The notes beneath the pieces were generated by a model. That model had not been told where the DNA came from and did no database searches. It worked only from the letters and a program-made list of their open reading frames with translations. Shown piece after piece: positions 26,573 to 39,299 of a stretch of DNA of 64,000 nucleotides; positions within the stretch are counted from its first letter, which is position 1, and each line of letters begins with the position of its first letter. Both the position numbers and the translations under genes were made by a program. The stretch lies in contig NC_057718.1 of NCBI RefSeq assembly GCF_004010195.1, positions 103,791,963-103,855,962 of the forward strand, in the 5' to 3' direction. This DNA comes from Chiloscyllium plagiosum. Taxonomy: Eukaryota.

Positions 26573-26640
26573 CATATTACCCTAATAGTGGATTAGCATT
26601 ATAGTGAATTACCCCAATAACACATTACTCCAATAGCATT
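26573..26640 (+). repeat. Second block of the same 16-bp minisatellite (about 4 units)
   Basis: catattaccctaatag tggattagcattatag tgaattaccccaataa cacattactccaatag. Confidence 0.7.
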
Positions 26641-27399
26641 GGACCTGAATAGAAGCACTCAAGCAAACATGACGTTCCAGTATCGTTCCCTGCAATAACC
26701 TCCAGTTCACTTCTGAAACTTCCACAGAAGCACTTAAGAACAAGGGCAGGAGTAGGTAATCCAGCCTCTCGAGCCTACTCCACCATTTGATACAATGATG
26801 GCTGATCTCATTTTGGCCTCAACTCCACTTCCCCCTGTCCACTGTCTGTAACCCTTTAACCCATTAGGAATCAAAAATCTCTCTACCTCCTCTTAAATTT
26901 ATTCAACAGCCACTGTACTCTGGGAGTAGTAAGTTCCACAGGTTCATGGTTCTTAGAGAAAAGTACTTTGTCCTTATCTCTGTTTTAAACCTGCTACACC
27001 TTATCCTTGCCGGGTCTTATTCTACGTTGCTTGTTCTAGGTAACCCCACAAGGGGAAACGTCCACTGTGCATCTACCTCATCAACCCCCAATAAATTACC
27101 CAGCAGAGCTATCTCCCAATGTAACAAATATTTACCAACTTTAGCAGTGGGTAATGGATGTCATCAAGATCCACTTTTGAACCTGAATTTCCTCAGATTA
27201 TTTGGTGTTGTGCTGTCAAAACTCTTTGGGAAATATAACAAATTCCAGGATTTTTCACCAAATCATTGAGAGTAGCAAGTATTTTGAGGGAATTCTGATC
27301 CTTGCAATTCCTTGAATTTCCAGCTTAAAAGCCAAAGCTTTCAAGTTGGAAGCAATAGTTGATTTATGGAAGTTTAAACCGTGAGGTCTCCTGTCCAAG

Positions 27400-27878
27400 T
27401 AAAAACTAAAAGAACCGCAGATGCTGTCAATCGAAACAAAAACAGAAGTTGCTGGAAAAGCTCAGCAGGTCTGGCAGCATCTGTGCAGAGAAATCAGAGT
27501 TAATGTTTCAGGTCTGGTGACCCTTCTATACAACTGTCCCCTGTCCTTTTATGTGGCTGTTGGCTTTTTTACTGGACCCTGCAAATTAAACTGGCAACTT
27601 TGACATTGTCCCCTGAGCCACTAAAATCAGCATCCAAGGATTGTCAATACCATCTTCAGCTGACCTGGGCCAGCAGGAGAGATATTATTAATCATTACAA
27701 GCAGAAGACCTTTAGCAACCCAGCAACAGTGATTACCCTAACGTTCCGAAGAAGGGTCACTCAACCTGAAACGTTTACTCTGATTTCTCCCCACAGATGC
27801 TGCCAGACGTGCTGAGTTTTCCCAGCAATTTCTGTTGTTGTTTCTGATTTGCAACATCCAGATTTCCTTGTTTTTTTG
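27400..27878. mobile_element. Inverted pair of PLE family A' termini (about 27400-27527 minus, 27742-27878 plus)
   Basis: gctggaaaagctcagcaggtctggcagcatctgtg vs ccacagatgctgccagacgtgctgagttttcccagc; decayed hammerhead ccgaagaagggtcactcaacctgaaacgtt. Confidence 0.8.
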
Positions 27879-27914
27879 TACAGTGCATTACCCGAAACGT
27901 CTTCTGTTGTACAT

Positions 27915-28420
27915 GACAACGGCCTGTCAAAGGAGGAACGGTTGAGGACTCTGGGTCTGTACTTGATGGAGTTTTGAAGGATGAGGGGGAAGGGGGAATC
28001 TGATTGAAACTTACAGCATACTGAGGGGCCTGAATAGAGTGGATGTGGACAAGATGTTTCCATGAGTAGGAAAGACTAGGATCTGAGGGCACAGCCTCAG
28101 AGTGAAGGGACAACACTTTAGAACTGAGATGAGGAGGAATTTCTTCAGCCAGAGGGTGGGGAATCTGTGGAACTCATTGATGCAGAGGGCTGTGGAGGCC
28201 AAGTCACAGAATAGATAAGAATAGAATAGAATAACCTTTATTTTCATGTGTGGAGTGTATTTAAGACAGAGATTGGTAGGTTCTTGATTGGTAAGGGATT
28301 GAAGGGAGAAGGCGGGAGAATGGGGTTGAGAGACACATCATCAATGATAGAATGGCGGAGTAGACACAATGGGCTGAATGGCCTAAATCTGCCCCTTTAC
28401 CTTACGGTGTTATGGATATC
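27915..28420 (+). mobile_element. CR1-clade LINE 3' end
   Basis: gaggaacggttgaggactctgggtctgtac...atgaggaggaatttcttcagccagaggg...aatgggctgaatggcct. Confidence 0.85.
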
Positions 28421-28949
28421 TTTAGTTAATTTCAGAGCAAGCACACAAATACACATGACTTCCTAAAAATGAGAAAGCATTGTGTGAAAGCCTGCTCAGT
28501 TCCTTTACAAGGTGCACTGTGACAGGTTAGCGTCACTGCATTCCAGCAGCCTTTCTGGTCCACAGACAGTGGAGGGTCAAATGCTGCCTAGTTACTGAAA
28601 TATATGAATGTGGATGGACAGTATTGTAGTACTGCCATTGCCAAGTGTGTAAGCTGTGACACACTTAACCAAGGATCACACTCCCCAGGTTTGGTGAAGT
28701 AGTGGTGTGGTCTAGCACTCTGTTAAACCTCAGGACAATGAGTTCAAATCCCACCGTGGCAGATGGGGAAATTTAAATTCAGTAAAATAAAGAGCTGGGA
28801 AATGGTGAACATGTATCTGTTGTCAATTGCTGTTTAAAACCCATCCGATTCACTTTGGATGGAAATCTTAGAATCCCTACAAAGTGGAAACAGGCCCTTT
28901 GGTCCAACAAGTCCACACCAGCACTCAGAAGAGTATCCCACCCAGACCC

Positions 28950-29505
28950 TATTATTGGGGAGACAGGCCGGCTACTTGCGGAGCGTTTCAGAGAACACCT
29001 CTGGGACACCCGGACCAACCAACCCAACCACCCTGTGGCTCAACATTTCAATTCCCCCTCCCACTCCACCAAGGATATGCAGGTCCTTGGACTCCTCCTT
29101 CGCCAGACCACAACAAAATGACGGTTGGAGGAAGAGCGCCTCATCTTCCGCCTAGGAACCCTCCAACCACAAGGGATGAACTCGGATTTCACCAGTTTCC
29201 TCATTTCCCCTCCCCCCACCTTGTCTCAGTCAATCCATCGATCTCAGCACCGCTTTCCTAACCTGCAATCTTCTTCCTGAACTCTACGCCCCCACCCCAG
29301 TCTGACCTATCACCCTCACCTTGACCTCTTCCCACCTACCACATGTCCGACTCCCTCCCCCAAGTCCCTCCTCCCTACCTTTTATCTTAGCCTGCTGGAC
29401 AAACTTTCCTCATTCCTGAAGAAGGGCTTATGCCCGAAACGTCGATTCTCCTGTTCCTTGGATGCTGCCTGACCTGCTGCGCTTTTCCAGCAACATATTT
29501 TCAGT
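28950..29505 (+). mobile_element. PLE family A 3' portion (GIY-YIG C-terminus plus pseudo-LTR), inserted in a minus-strand HE1 SINE (28870-28950 plus 29505-29776)
   Basis: IGETGRLLAERFREHLWDTRTNQPNHPVAQHFNSPSH...RLEEERLIFRLGTLQPQGMN. Confidence 0.92.
29411..29447 (+). ncRNA. Minimal type-I hammerhead ribozyme motif (PLE family A)
   Basis: attc-CTGAAGA-a-gggc(ttat)gccc-GAAA-cg-TC-gatt; GUC cleavage triplet; stem I imperfect. Confidence 0.72.
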
Positions 29506-29933
29506 ACACATTCCCCTACCCTATTACTCTACATTTCCCATGAGTAATGTACCTAACCTACACATCCCTGAACAATATGGGCAATTTAGCATGGCCAATT
29601 CACCTGACCTGCACATCTTTGGACTGTGGGAGGAAACCGGAGCACCCGGAGGAAACCCACACAGACACGAGGAAAATGTGCAAACTCCACACAGACAGTT
29701 GCCTGAGGCTGGAATTGAACCCAGGTCCCTGGCACTGTGAGGCAGCAGGGCTAACCACTGAACCACCGTGCTGCCCAACCACTGCCATCCTTACCCAGTC
29801 TGGCCTGCATGTGACTCCTGACCCACAGTAATGGGACTAAATCTTAATGGCAGTTAAGGATGGGTCATTAATGCTGGTCTAGCCAACAACACCCATATTC
29901 TATGAGTTTAATTTTTTAAGAAATGGTCCAAGT

Positions 29934-30030
29934 CTAGAGTTAGGTTTAAGGTCAGGGTTAGGGCTTGGGTTAGGGTTAAGGTCAGGGCCAGGGTCAGGGT
30001 CAGGGTCAGTTTCAGGGTCAGGATTAGCAT
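29934..30030 (+). repeat. Degenerate telomere-like (TTAGGG/TCAGGG)n hexamer tract
   Basis: ggtcagggttagggcttgggttagggttaaggtcagggccagggtcagggtcagggtc. Confidence 0.75.
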
Positions 30031-30039
30031 TATGGTGAA

Positions 30040-30372
30040 ACAAGGCTGATATCAGAGAGAGGTACTGAAGGAGGGCTGCACTGTTGGTGGTGCTGTCTTT
30101 CAAAAGGGAGGTTCAACCAAACGCCTTAATGTGTACCTGGGTGGATGTACTTGATTTTCCCTGGTACACTCTCTAGGAAGAGCAGGGGAGTTCTCTCTGA
30201 TGCCCTGGATAACCCTTCAATCAATATTACAACGCAGATGATCTGGTTTCTGTAAAATTGCTGGATGTCTGTGCATCAGCAATGGTGTTTCCTTCATTGC
30301 AACATTTTTAAAAATTCTTCTTCGGCTTTAAAAACTTTGAGGTGTTTATTGGTTGTGAAAAGTGCTACATAA
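30040..30372 (+). mobile_element. Old Deu-domain-like SINE (SacSINE1-like); another copy at about 59185-59800
   Basis: ctgcactgttggtggtgctgtctttc...gaagagcaggggagttctc...gaaaagtgcta, with ataaatgcaa tail after a CR1 insert; resembles the Deu domain as I recall it. Confidence 0.6.
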
Positions 30373-30374
30373 GT

Positions 30375-30830
30375 TGTCAGGATTGGAGTATTTGAGTGAC
30401 AGGGAGAGGCTGGATAAGGTGGGGCTGTTTTCCCTGGAGCATCAGAGGCTGAGGGATGACCTTATAGAGGTTTATAAAATCATGAGGGGCGTGGATAGGA
30501 TAAGTACTCAAGCTCTCTTCCTTGGGATGGGCCAGTCCAGAACTAAAGGGCATGGGTTTAGGGTGAGAGGGGAAAGATTTAAAAGGGACCTAAGGGGCAA
30601 CGTTTTCACACAGAGGGTGGTACATATATGCCAGAGGATGTGGTGGAGGCTGGTACAATTGCAACATTTAAAAGGCATCTGGATGGGTATATGAATAGGA
30701 AGTGTTTGGAGGGATATGGGCCGGGTGCTGGCAGGTGAGATTAGTTTGGGTTGGGATATCTGGTCGGTATGGACAAGTTGGACCGAAGGATCTGTTTCCG
30801 TGCTGAACATCTCAATGACTCTATGTCTCT
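30375..30830 (+). mobile_element. HER1/CR1 LINE 3' end
   Basis: LEYLSDRERLDKVGLFSLEHQRLRDDLIEVYKIMRGVDR. Confidence 0.9.
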
Positions 30831-32404
30831 ATAAATGCAACTCTTTATCTTCTTGTGAAGCAAACCCCTCTGTTATTCAGGTACAATGGCATCGTGGTGT
30901 CTTGTACTTAACTTCAAATATCGCCACTGTTTATGTCGTTGTTTTGTTTCTATCCCCAGGCAGCAATTTGGCAGTAGCACAGGGATAGGGGCAGTGGTAT
31001 TCAGATGACAGTTTGACTATCCTCTGCCCCTAATATTCCTGGGTGTGGGAGCCTCATTATGTTCTGTAAGTCACAATGAGATGTGTGGGTCCCCATGCAG
31101 TATGTAGATGCCAATGCCAGACCACACCCTCCATGATTTGGGTATAAATTTGCATAACATAAGAGCATAAAAGCTAGGAGCAGGAAGAGGGCATACAGCC
31201 CCTTGAGCCTGCCCTGCCATTTAATACAATCATGGCTGGTCTCATCCCGGCTCCAACTCCACCTCCCTTCATGGTCCCTTTAACCTAGTACTCGTCAAAA
31301 ATCCAACTCCTCCTTAAATTTACTCAGTGTCCCAGCATCCACCACACTGGGGTAATGAATTCAACAGATTCATGATCCTTTAGAGAAATAATTTCTCCCA
31401 GTTCCATTTTAAATCTGTCACTCCCTTATCCTAAAACAATGACCTCTCGTTCCAAATTGCCCCACATGAGGAAGCATTCTCTCTATGTTCACATTACCAA
31501 TCCCCTTTAGCATTGTATATATGTCAATCACATCACCTCTCATTTTTCTAAACTACAGAGACTAAAGGCCTAGACTGCTCAATCTCTCCTCTTACACCTC
31601 TGGCATTAACCTGGTGTACCCATCCCCAACTGTCTCCAATGGTATTACAGCAGGTCACCCATAAAGTAAAGCAAGTAAGGCTATTTAAAATAAAAGACAA
31701 GAGCAAGGAGTCCACAAATGTAAGACAGTTATTCATATGGAATGTGAATAAAAATGCTCATTACCACAAAAGTTGAAGCTAAACAGGCAGGGAGGGAAAT
31801 GAAATAAAAACAGGAGTGAGAGAAAGAAGTGAAAGACATGTTAATAGGGTGGGATGAAGAGGGGGCGAGAAAGGCTTGGGCAGAGCATACATGCCAACGT
31901 GGGTATCCTGGGCCGAATGGCCTTTTCTCAGTGCTATGAATTGTATCTAATTCTGTTTTGGTTTCACAAATGATCTTTCCATCTATTCTAAATACAACTG
32001 CATAGCATCAGTTGGATTTAATTTAAGCGAGCATGGTATTAAATCTATAAACAAACATACCACAGAACAGAAAGTACAAGTTTTTAAAATTTATTTTTAA
32101 CAAGAGAGTACCAATTACCTGTCCTAGATCAGTGAACTGATTGAAAGTAAATTACCAAATCTTTCTATAGACTACAAGTCAATTTCAGCTTGAAATATTT
32201 AGTTGCTATCTCCCTGAATTCTCAGGCCATTCCTCCTCTTGTTATTGGCTTTTTTTTTACGTGGTTGGACAACTATTTTCTTCCACCTTCTTGGTTATCT
32301 TAAACTCTTCATAGACACTGACTTTTCAACACCATATTTCATGCCTCAAAATATTTTTTTAGCTCAAGTCCAAATGATTCAAGAATTCCATTACTCAATT
32401 CAGA

Positions 32405-33570
32405 CTTTAAAATCACACAACACCAGGTTGTAGCCCAACAGGTTTATTTGAAAACACTAGCTTTCATGGTGTTGTGTGATTTTTAACTTTGTCCACCCCA
32501 GGCCAACACCAGCTCCTCCACATCAGTTCAGACTCACACCTGCCATTAATGAGATAAAACTACAACAAAGGGACAAGTGCTAAACAAGAATTGCTCTACA
32601 AACCAAAACAGGAGTCTCCACTTAGGATGATAATCTTTAAAAAAAAAAATTTGGAGCTGCTGGTGTAGGACTGGGGTGTACAAAGTTAAAAATCACACAC
32701 CAGGTTACAGTCCAACAGATTTATTTGGAAGCACTAGCTTTCAGAGCGCTGCTCCTTCATCAGGTGATAGTGGAGTATAAGACAGTAAGACACAGAATTT
32801 ATAGCAAAAGTTTACAGTGTGATTTCACTGAAATTATACATTGAAAAAGACCTGGATTGTTTGTTAAGTCTCTCATCTTTTAGAATGGGCATGTTGGTTT
32901 CAGTTCTTTCAAATGTAAATCCCAGAACTTTTTTAAAGTTACATTCTCAAGTCAACTTTAATAACAGGTGCCATGTCAGCCCAGATTATGCATTGAGGGC
33001 GTGAGGTGCCCTGTGTGTCTGTCTGTGCCCCAATATTCAGACTGATTCTATTCCTAAAAAAGGGATTTACAGAATCTTACATGGATTCATGCAATTTTTG
33101 AGCAAATTAAAATGTAATTTGCAAGTACAAATTCACCCCACAAACTTATGTGCATGTGTGTGAGTGCGAGTGCAAACGGATATAAGTCTGAGATGTTGCG
33201 TATATGCGTGAGTGTGGGAGTGTATGTGTGAGTGTATGTGTGAGCACATTGTGTGTGTGTGTATAGTGCAGTGGGGTCACCTATAGTGTGACATGAACCA
33301 AAGGTCTCCTTTGAGGCCATCCCCATGGGTACCAAATTTGGCTTTGGGACAGGCAACAACACAAAGTGGCCGAGCAGAGGCTGATAGCCAAGTTCGGTAC
33401 CCATGGGGATGACCTCAACTGGGACCTTGGGTTCATGTCACACTAGAGGTGACCCTACTGCACTACACACACCCACAGATACACACACCCATAGACACAC
33501 ACACCCACAGACACACACACACACACACACACGGACACACACACACACTCACGCAGACCCTCTCTTATAC
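32405..33570 (-). mobile_element. PLE family B: mini fold-back unit (about 32405-32526) and larger pseudo-LTR (about 32650-33340) with a short inverted piece (about 33345-33570)
   Basis: Colinear with 13850-14630; hammerhead motif on minus strand at about 32732-32767; (CA)n tract. Confidence 0.85.
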
Positions 33571-34419
33571 ACATTCTCTGTCAGTCACAATTACTTCACC
33601 ATTAACAGAATAGTTGTTTTTTAAAAATATTTTATTTAGTCTAATTCATCAAACATGTATGGAAACGTATAGCACAGAAGGAGGTTACTCAGTCCACTTA
33701 AGGATTTACAGCATTGAAGACAGTTCCAAAGAGAATCATTCAGCTGGGATGAAGGGTTGACTTATTGAGAACTGTTAACCAGGTTCGGCCTTTATTCATT
33801 CAGAGTTTAGAAGAGTGAGGAGTGATTTTATTGAAACATACAAATTCTGAGGAGCTTAACAGGGTAGATGTTGAGAAGATGTTCCCACAATTGGGGGAGT
33901 CACAAACTAGGGGACGTAGGTACATAATAAGAGGGCACTCATTTAATACAGCGATGGGTAGGAATTTCTGCCCTGAGGCTAGTGAATACCTGGAATTCTC
34001 TCTAAGCTGATTGGGATCAATCCCCTGCACTGGGATAGGACAACCCCTTGACTGACCGTGAAGGGAGTACCTGCTTCATCCCAATAAAGGCAGCCCTCCT
34101 TTGGTTTTCACACATGACCATTTGGTTGAGGCAGAACCAGCAGGTTTGCTGTGTTAACTGTTGGCATATGCCTGAGGGTTGATGTTTACGTAATATGACA
34201 GCAATATGTCCATCCAACTTTGACAGTGTGGTGCTCTCACAGTAACAAGCTGCTTAAATTCCCTTTTCACCTAAATAAAACAATGCAGACCACAGACTGG
34301 TAGCCATCAAGTAAGGAGTAAAGTGAGTAGGCACTAAGAGAGCAAGCTCCAAGCCAGAGGATGCATCCTATTCAAATGCATGTGTCTCTGAACGCAACAT
34401 GATCTTAGCAATTTTTGAA

Positions 34420-34755
34420 AAGATTTGTAGTTCAGGTTCTGGATATAAGTTTGCTCACTGAGCTGGAAGGTTCAGTTTCAGATGTTTCATCACCATGCTA
34501 GGTAACATCATCAGTGAGCCTCTAATGAAATGCTGGTGTTATGTCCCACTTTCTACTTATGTATTTAGGTTTCTTTAGGTGATGGTGAACCAGAAATGAC
34601 ATCACCAAACACCCAAAAAAACCTAAACACATAAATAGAAAGTGGGACATAACATCAGCGCTTCAACGGAGGTTCACTGATGATGTTACCTAATATGGTG
34701 ACGAAACATCTGAAACCGAATCTCCCAGCTCAGAGAGCAAACTCAGATCCAGCAA
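34420..34755. mobile_element. Fold-back PLE terminal unit (family C-like) with two inverted hammerhead motifs
   Basis: Arms about 34439-34585 and 34600-34752 are reverse complements; agatttgtag end resembles ctacaaatct at 43929. Confidence 0.82.
34673..34714 (+). ncRNA. Minimal type-I hammerhead ribozyme motif
   Basis: ttca-CTGATGA-t-gttacc(taatat)ggtgac-GAAA-ca-TC-tgaa: 4-bp stem I, 6-bp stem II with one G-U pair. Confidence 0.75.
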
Positions 34756-34952
34756 AGTGATCTAGCAGGAATATGCAAGCCTTAGGCATCCCTGAGCTCT
34801 GAAGTAAAGTGTTGAAGGACTGAAGTGGTGTCTGAGGTAGTCCAGGAGCAGATGCAATGACATGGTGAGGCTGGTGGTGTGCGATGCTAACCTGTGTGTT
34901 CAAGGAGTTGAGGAGGCTTGTGGCCACAAAATATTCGGGAATGTTGCATGTT

Positions 34953-36470
34953 GGCTGGGACAAGCATTTGTTGAGCTCAGCTGCCAGTACCTGCTCTAAC
35001 TTAGATTCTTAAGTAAGAAGAAGAGAATTGGAAAGGATGTATAAATAAGACAAGTTAGGGCCTTAATGAGATCCAAATGTATGGAAATAAGGTAGTCAAT
35101 CCTCAAATAGCAGGGTTCTGAAGTCACCATTCAGGGCTGGAAAGGAAAATGTTTTTCGATGTTGAGAATCTGATTTTCTCATTCTCTCCCAGTATGTTCC
35201 CACCTTTCTCACTGTTGCTGACATCACATCAGGGAGGGGAAAGTTCCCAGAATTTCTTTTCTAACTGTTTATTTGAAGTGACGAGTGGGTGATAGTATTA
35301 TTTCACCTCCTATTGCTGAGAACAAAACAAATTTAAAAAAACACATTTGTGAGGTATTTTGGCCAATCTTGGGACAGGAACAGGAGGAGTCCATTTAGCC
35401 TCTCAATCCTGTTCTATCATTCAATGACATCATGGCTGATCTGTGATCTGACTCCATACATCAGCCTGTACCCCATATCCCCTAATACCTCAGTCTTCAA
35501 AACTCTCCACCTGAGATTTAAAATTTACAGGTGATTTAGTATCATCACACGTTTGAGGAAGTGTGCTATGCACTTCTGTCATCCGTTCTGTGTAGAAATG
35601 TTTCTTACTTTCACTCCTGAAAAATCCAGCTCAAAAATCCCCTTAGTTGGAGAATCTCCGACCAGCAGAAATAATTTCTCTCTAACTACTTGATCTACTC
35701 CTCTTAAAGTCTTGAAAACTTCCATCACACCATTACCTTTCGGTTTTGAAATTCCAGTGAGCGCAATTCTCATGTGCTGTGTTCCTGGAATTTAACCCCT
35801 GGAGTCCAGGTATCATTCAGATAAATCTCTGTCTCACTAAATCTTGAAAACTGAATCAAATTAAATTACAAACTTCTAAATTTAGGGAATACAATCCTCA
35901 TAAGTGAAAAGCACTACAAAAATCCAAACAATCACTGAGCCAGGGGTGGAAATACAGCTGGTAAAGTTACATCAAGATAAAATTGTGATTTTTTTTTTAC
36001 AAAAGGGATCTTCTCCAGGTACAAATAAGCCTTACCTTTGGCTTTGTGATTTCCTCAAAAAATTTTGTTGAGGCCAGCTTTTGGTTGTTTCTTTACTGTG
36101 TTGGGTCTGCAGCTTACTCAGTTTGTAGGAAGTTGACTGAGCAGAAGACAACAAAGATGCTATTTTCTCGAACTTGCACTTCTGCCACAAAGCATCAGTC
36201 TCTCCAAGCAGAACAGCTGAGACTGGGACTCAGTGGTTGTCCATGCTGCTGAGAAAGGGTTTAACTATATTGGAGGCTGGGACAAGCATTTGTTGAGCTC
36301 AGCTGCCAGGTACTTGCTCTGACTTAGATTCTTAAGGAAGAAGAGAATTGGAAAGGATGTATAAATAAGACAAGTTAGGGCCTTAATGAGATCCAAATGT
36401 ATGGAAATAAGGTAGTCACTACTTAAATGGCAAGGTTCTGAAGTCACTATTCAGGGCTGGAGGGGAAAAT
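34953..36470 (+). repeat. Local direct duplication of about 200 bp (34953-35150 and 36275-36470)
   Basis: ggctgggacaagcatttgttgagctcagctgccag...ttcagggctgg; central about 80 bp identical. Confidence 0.92.
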
Positions 36471-37249
36471 CTCCTATTGATCACTGAAATGAGTGGGTTG
36501 TTTTATGGGGAGAGGTTGGAGAGACTGGGCTTTGTTTCCACGGAGTTTTGGAGAGTGAGGTGTGACTTGATTGAAGTGTATAAGATCCTGAAATAACTTG
36601 ACCAGGTGGACATGGAAATAGTGACTCCTCTTGTAGGTCAGTTCAGAATGAAGAATCATTGTTTTAAAATTGGGGTCACCTTTTTGTGACATAGACGAGG
36701 ATAGTTCTCTTGTCTCCTCTGTCTGTGTGTCTTTGGAACCCTCTGTCTTGCTGGAAAGATTGGTCATTAAATATCTTTAAGGTAGAATGAAATGGATTCT
36801 GAAATAAAAACAGACCAACTCAACAGAACACAGAGAAATAACCTCCTGCAATACTAGCAACACACACTACTGAGCTCTGGCATAGCAAGAGTCCAGACAA
36901 AAGTCCCACTGTCAGCCAGCTTAAGCTGTCTACACTGTATTAAACCTGTGGGGTCAGCTGGCAAAGAACAAATTAGATTCCAATCCACTTTCCATCCAGT
37001 GGAAGAAAATTGTCTGCCCCCTCCAATACATTTCTGCCCTAGGTCTTAAATCCAAACAAAGGAAACTATGAAAGTGTTTGGGGAAAATTGGCTAAGGTAG
37101 ATTGAGGGACTACTTCGAAAGACCACGATGATAGATGGGCAACAGCGAACATTTAAAGAGCTACTATGTAGTTTACACCAAAGTACAATCCTTCGATACG
37201 CAAAAACTCATTAATGTGCTCCAACTATGGACAATGAAAGAAATGAAGG

Positions 37250-39290
37250 ATTGTATTAAATCAAAGGGAGTGACGAGTAAAGAGACTAAAGAAAAGGTAA
37301 GCCCAAAGATTGAGAGGATTTTAGAATTCTGAAAAGGAAGATAAAGGAAAAAGATGAAGAAATAGGATATACAAGTAAACTAAAGAGAAAAATGGTCTGT
37401 AAAAACTGGTATGAGAAAAGGAAAGGAAGGAAAAAAGAAATGTGGATCTATTATGAGCAGAGATCAGGAATTCATAATGTGTCATGAGGAAATGGCGAAG
37501 GAATTAAACAAATACTTTGTACATGACTTCACAGAGGGCAACATTAAAACCCCGCCCAGAAATAATGGAGAATCTGAAGATTAATATAAACAAAGAATGC
37601 TAAGAAAATGATATTCATTTTAAAAATGTACAAGACAATTTGATAGAACTTACAATAAGTAAATCCCCAGGACTTGACAATTTACATCCTGGAGTGTAGA
37701 AAGAGGTTGGCACAGGAGTAATCCTTTAATGGACAGCTTTCAAATTCACCAAGATTCCTTAAGACAGGATCTTCCAAATCCATGTCTATCTAGAAGGACA
37801 AGAGTAGCAGATACATGGGAATGCCACCCTCTGCATGTTCTCCTCCAAGCCACTCACCATCCTGACCTGGAAACATATCGCCTGGAAATATATTCAGTGT
37901 CACTGGATTAAAATCCTGGAATTACCTCTACAAGGGAATTGTGGGTCTCCCTACCACACATAGACTGCAGCGGTTCAAGAAGGCAACTCACCCCCAGCTT
38001 CTCAAGGGGCAACTAGGGACAAGCAATAAATGCTGCCCAGCCAGTGGCACCCACATTCCATTTGTGAATAAAAAATGACACTGGATAGATTCCTGCAAAT
38101 TGGAAGGTGGCAGATATTATTTAAGAAAATAGAAAGGGAGAAAGCATGATCTATAGACTTGTTTGCCTAGCATCAGTCTTCTGTAAAAGGCTCAAGTCCA
38201 CGATAAAGTATATAATAATACGAAAAATAGAAAGTAGTATTGGATACTATGGATTTGTGAAACAGCAACATCTAACTAACCTGTTGCTTTTTTTGTGGAT
38301 GCAACAAGTAGAATAAATAAGGGGGGAATGTTGGATGTTGTATATTTAGATTTTCAGAAATCTTTTGATAAAGTCCACACAGGAGGTAAAGAAACAGAAT
38401 CAGGGATTGGGGCAGTGCAGTGGCCTGGATTGAGAACTGGTTTATAAACAGCAAATTAGAATAAATGGGTTATTTTCAGGTTGGCAGGCTGTGACTGGTG
38501 GGGTACCACAAGGATCAGTGCCTGGGATACAACTGTTCACAACCCATTCTAATGACTTCAATGTGTGCATTAAATGTAACATTTCCAAGTTTGTTGGTGA
38601 TGCAAAACTAGGTGAAAGTGTGAGTTGTGAGCTGGGTGCAAAGATGCTTCAGGGTGATTTCGAGAGTATAAGTGAATGGACAAAAATTTCTTTGATGGAA
38701 GACAATGTGGAGAAATGCAAGGTTATCCACTTTGGTTGGAAAATCAGAAATACAAAGTATTTCTTAAATAGTAAGAGGTTGGGAATCTCTAGGGAATTAG
38801 GTGTCCTTGTTCATGAATCACTGAGAGTTAATATGTAGGCACAGGAAGCAGTTAAGAAGGCAAAAGGTATGTTGGCCTGTATTATAAGCTGAGTGTATTA
38901 ACTGCTAACTGCAGAGCCTGGTTGAGAGCACATTGGGAGTATGATGTGAATGCTTGGTCCCTTTACCGACAAGGAATGATACTCATCCAAGAAAGAATAC
39001 AACGAACGTTCATCAAACTAATTCATGTGATCGAGGGAATGTTCTGAGAGGGAAGGTCAAATAACCTGTGCCTATACTCTCTGGAGCTTATTAAAATGAG
39101 AGGCGATCACATTCAAAAATATGAAGTTATTTGGATGAGAAGGAATGTCTTCACTGAATCTTTGGAATTCTCTGTCTCAAAGGGATATGGAGGCTCAATC
39201 ATTGAGACTGTTCAAGACAGAAGCTGATAGATGTTTATGTGTTAAAAAGCATTGCGTGATATGGAATAGTGTATGAAAATGGTGTTGAAG
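37250..39290 (+). mobile_element. Old CR1-clade LINE ORF2 remnant (3' tail resumes at about 45083-45155)
   Basis: TGGVPQGSVPGIQLFTTHSNDFNVCIKCNISKFVGDAKLG...NVEKCKVIHFG. Confidence 0.85.
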
Positions 39291-39299
39291 TTCTTGACG

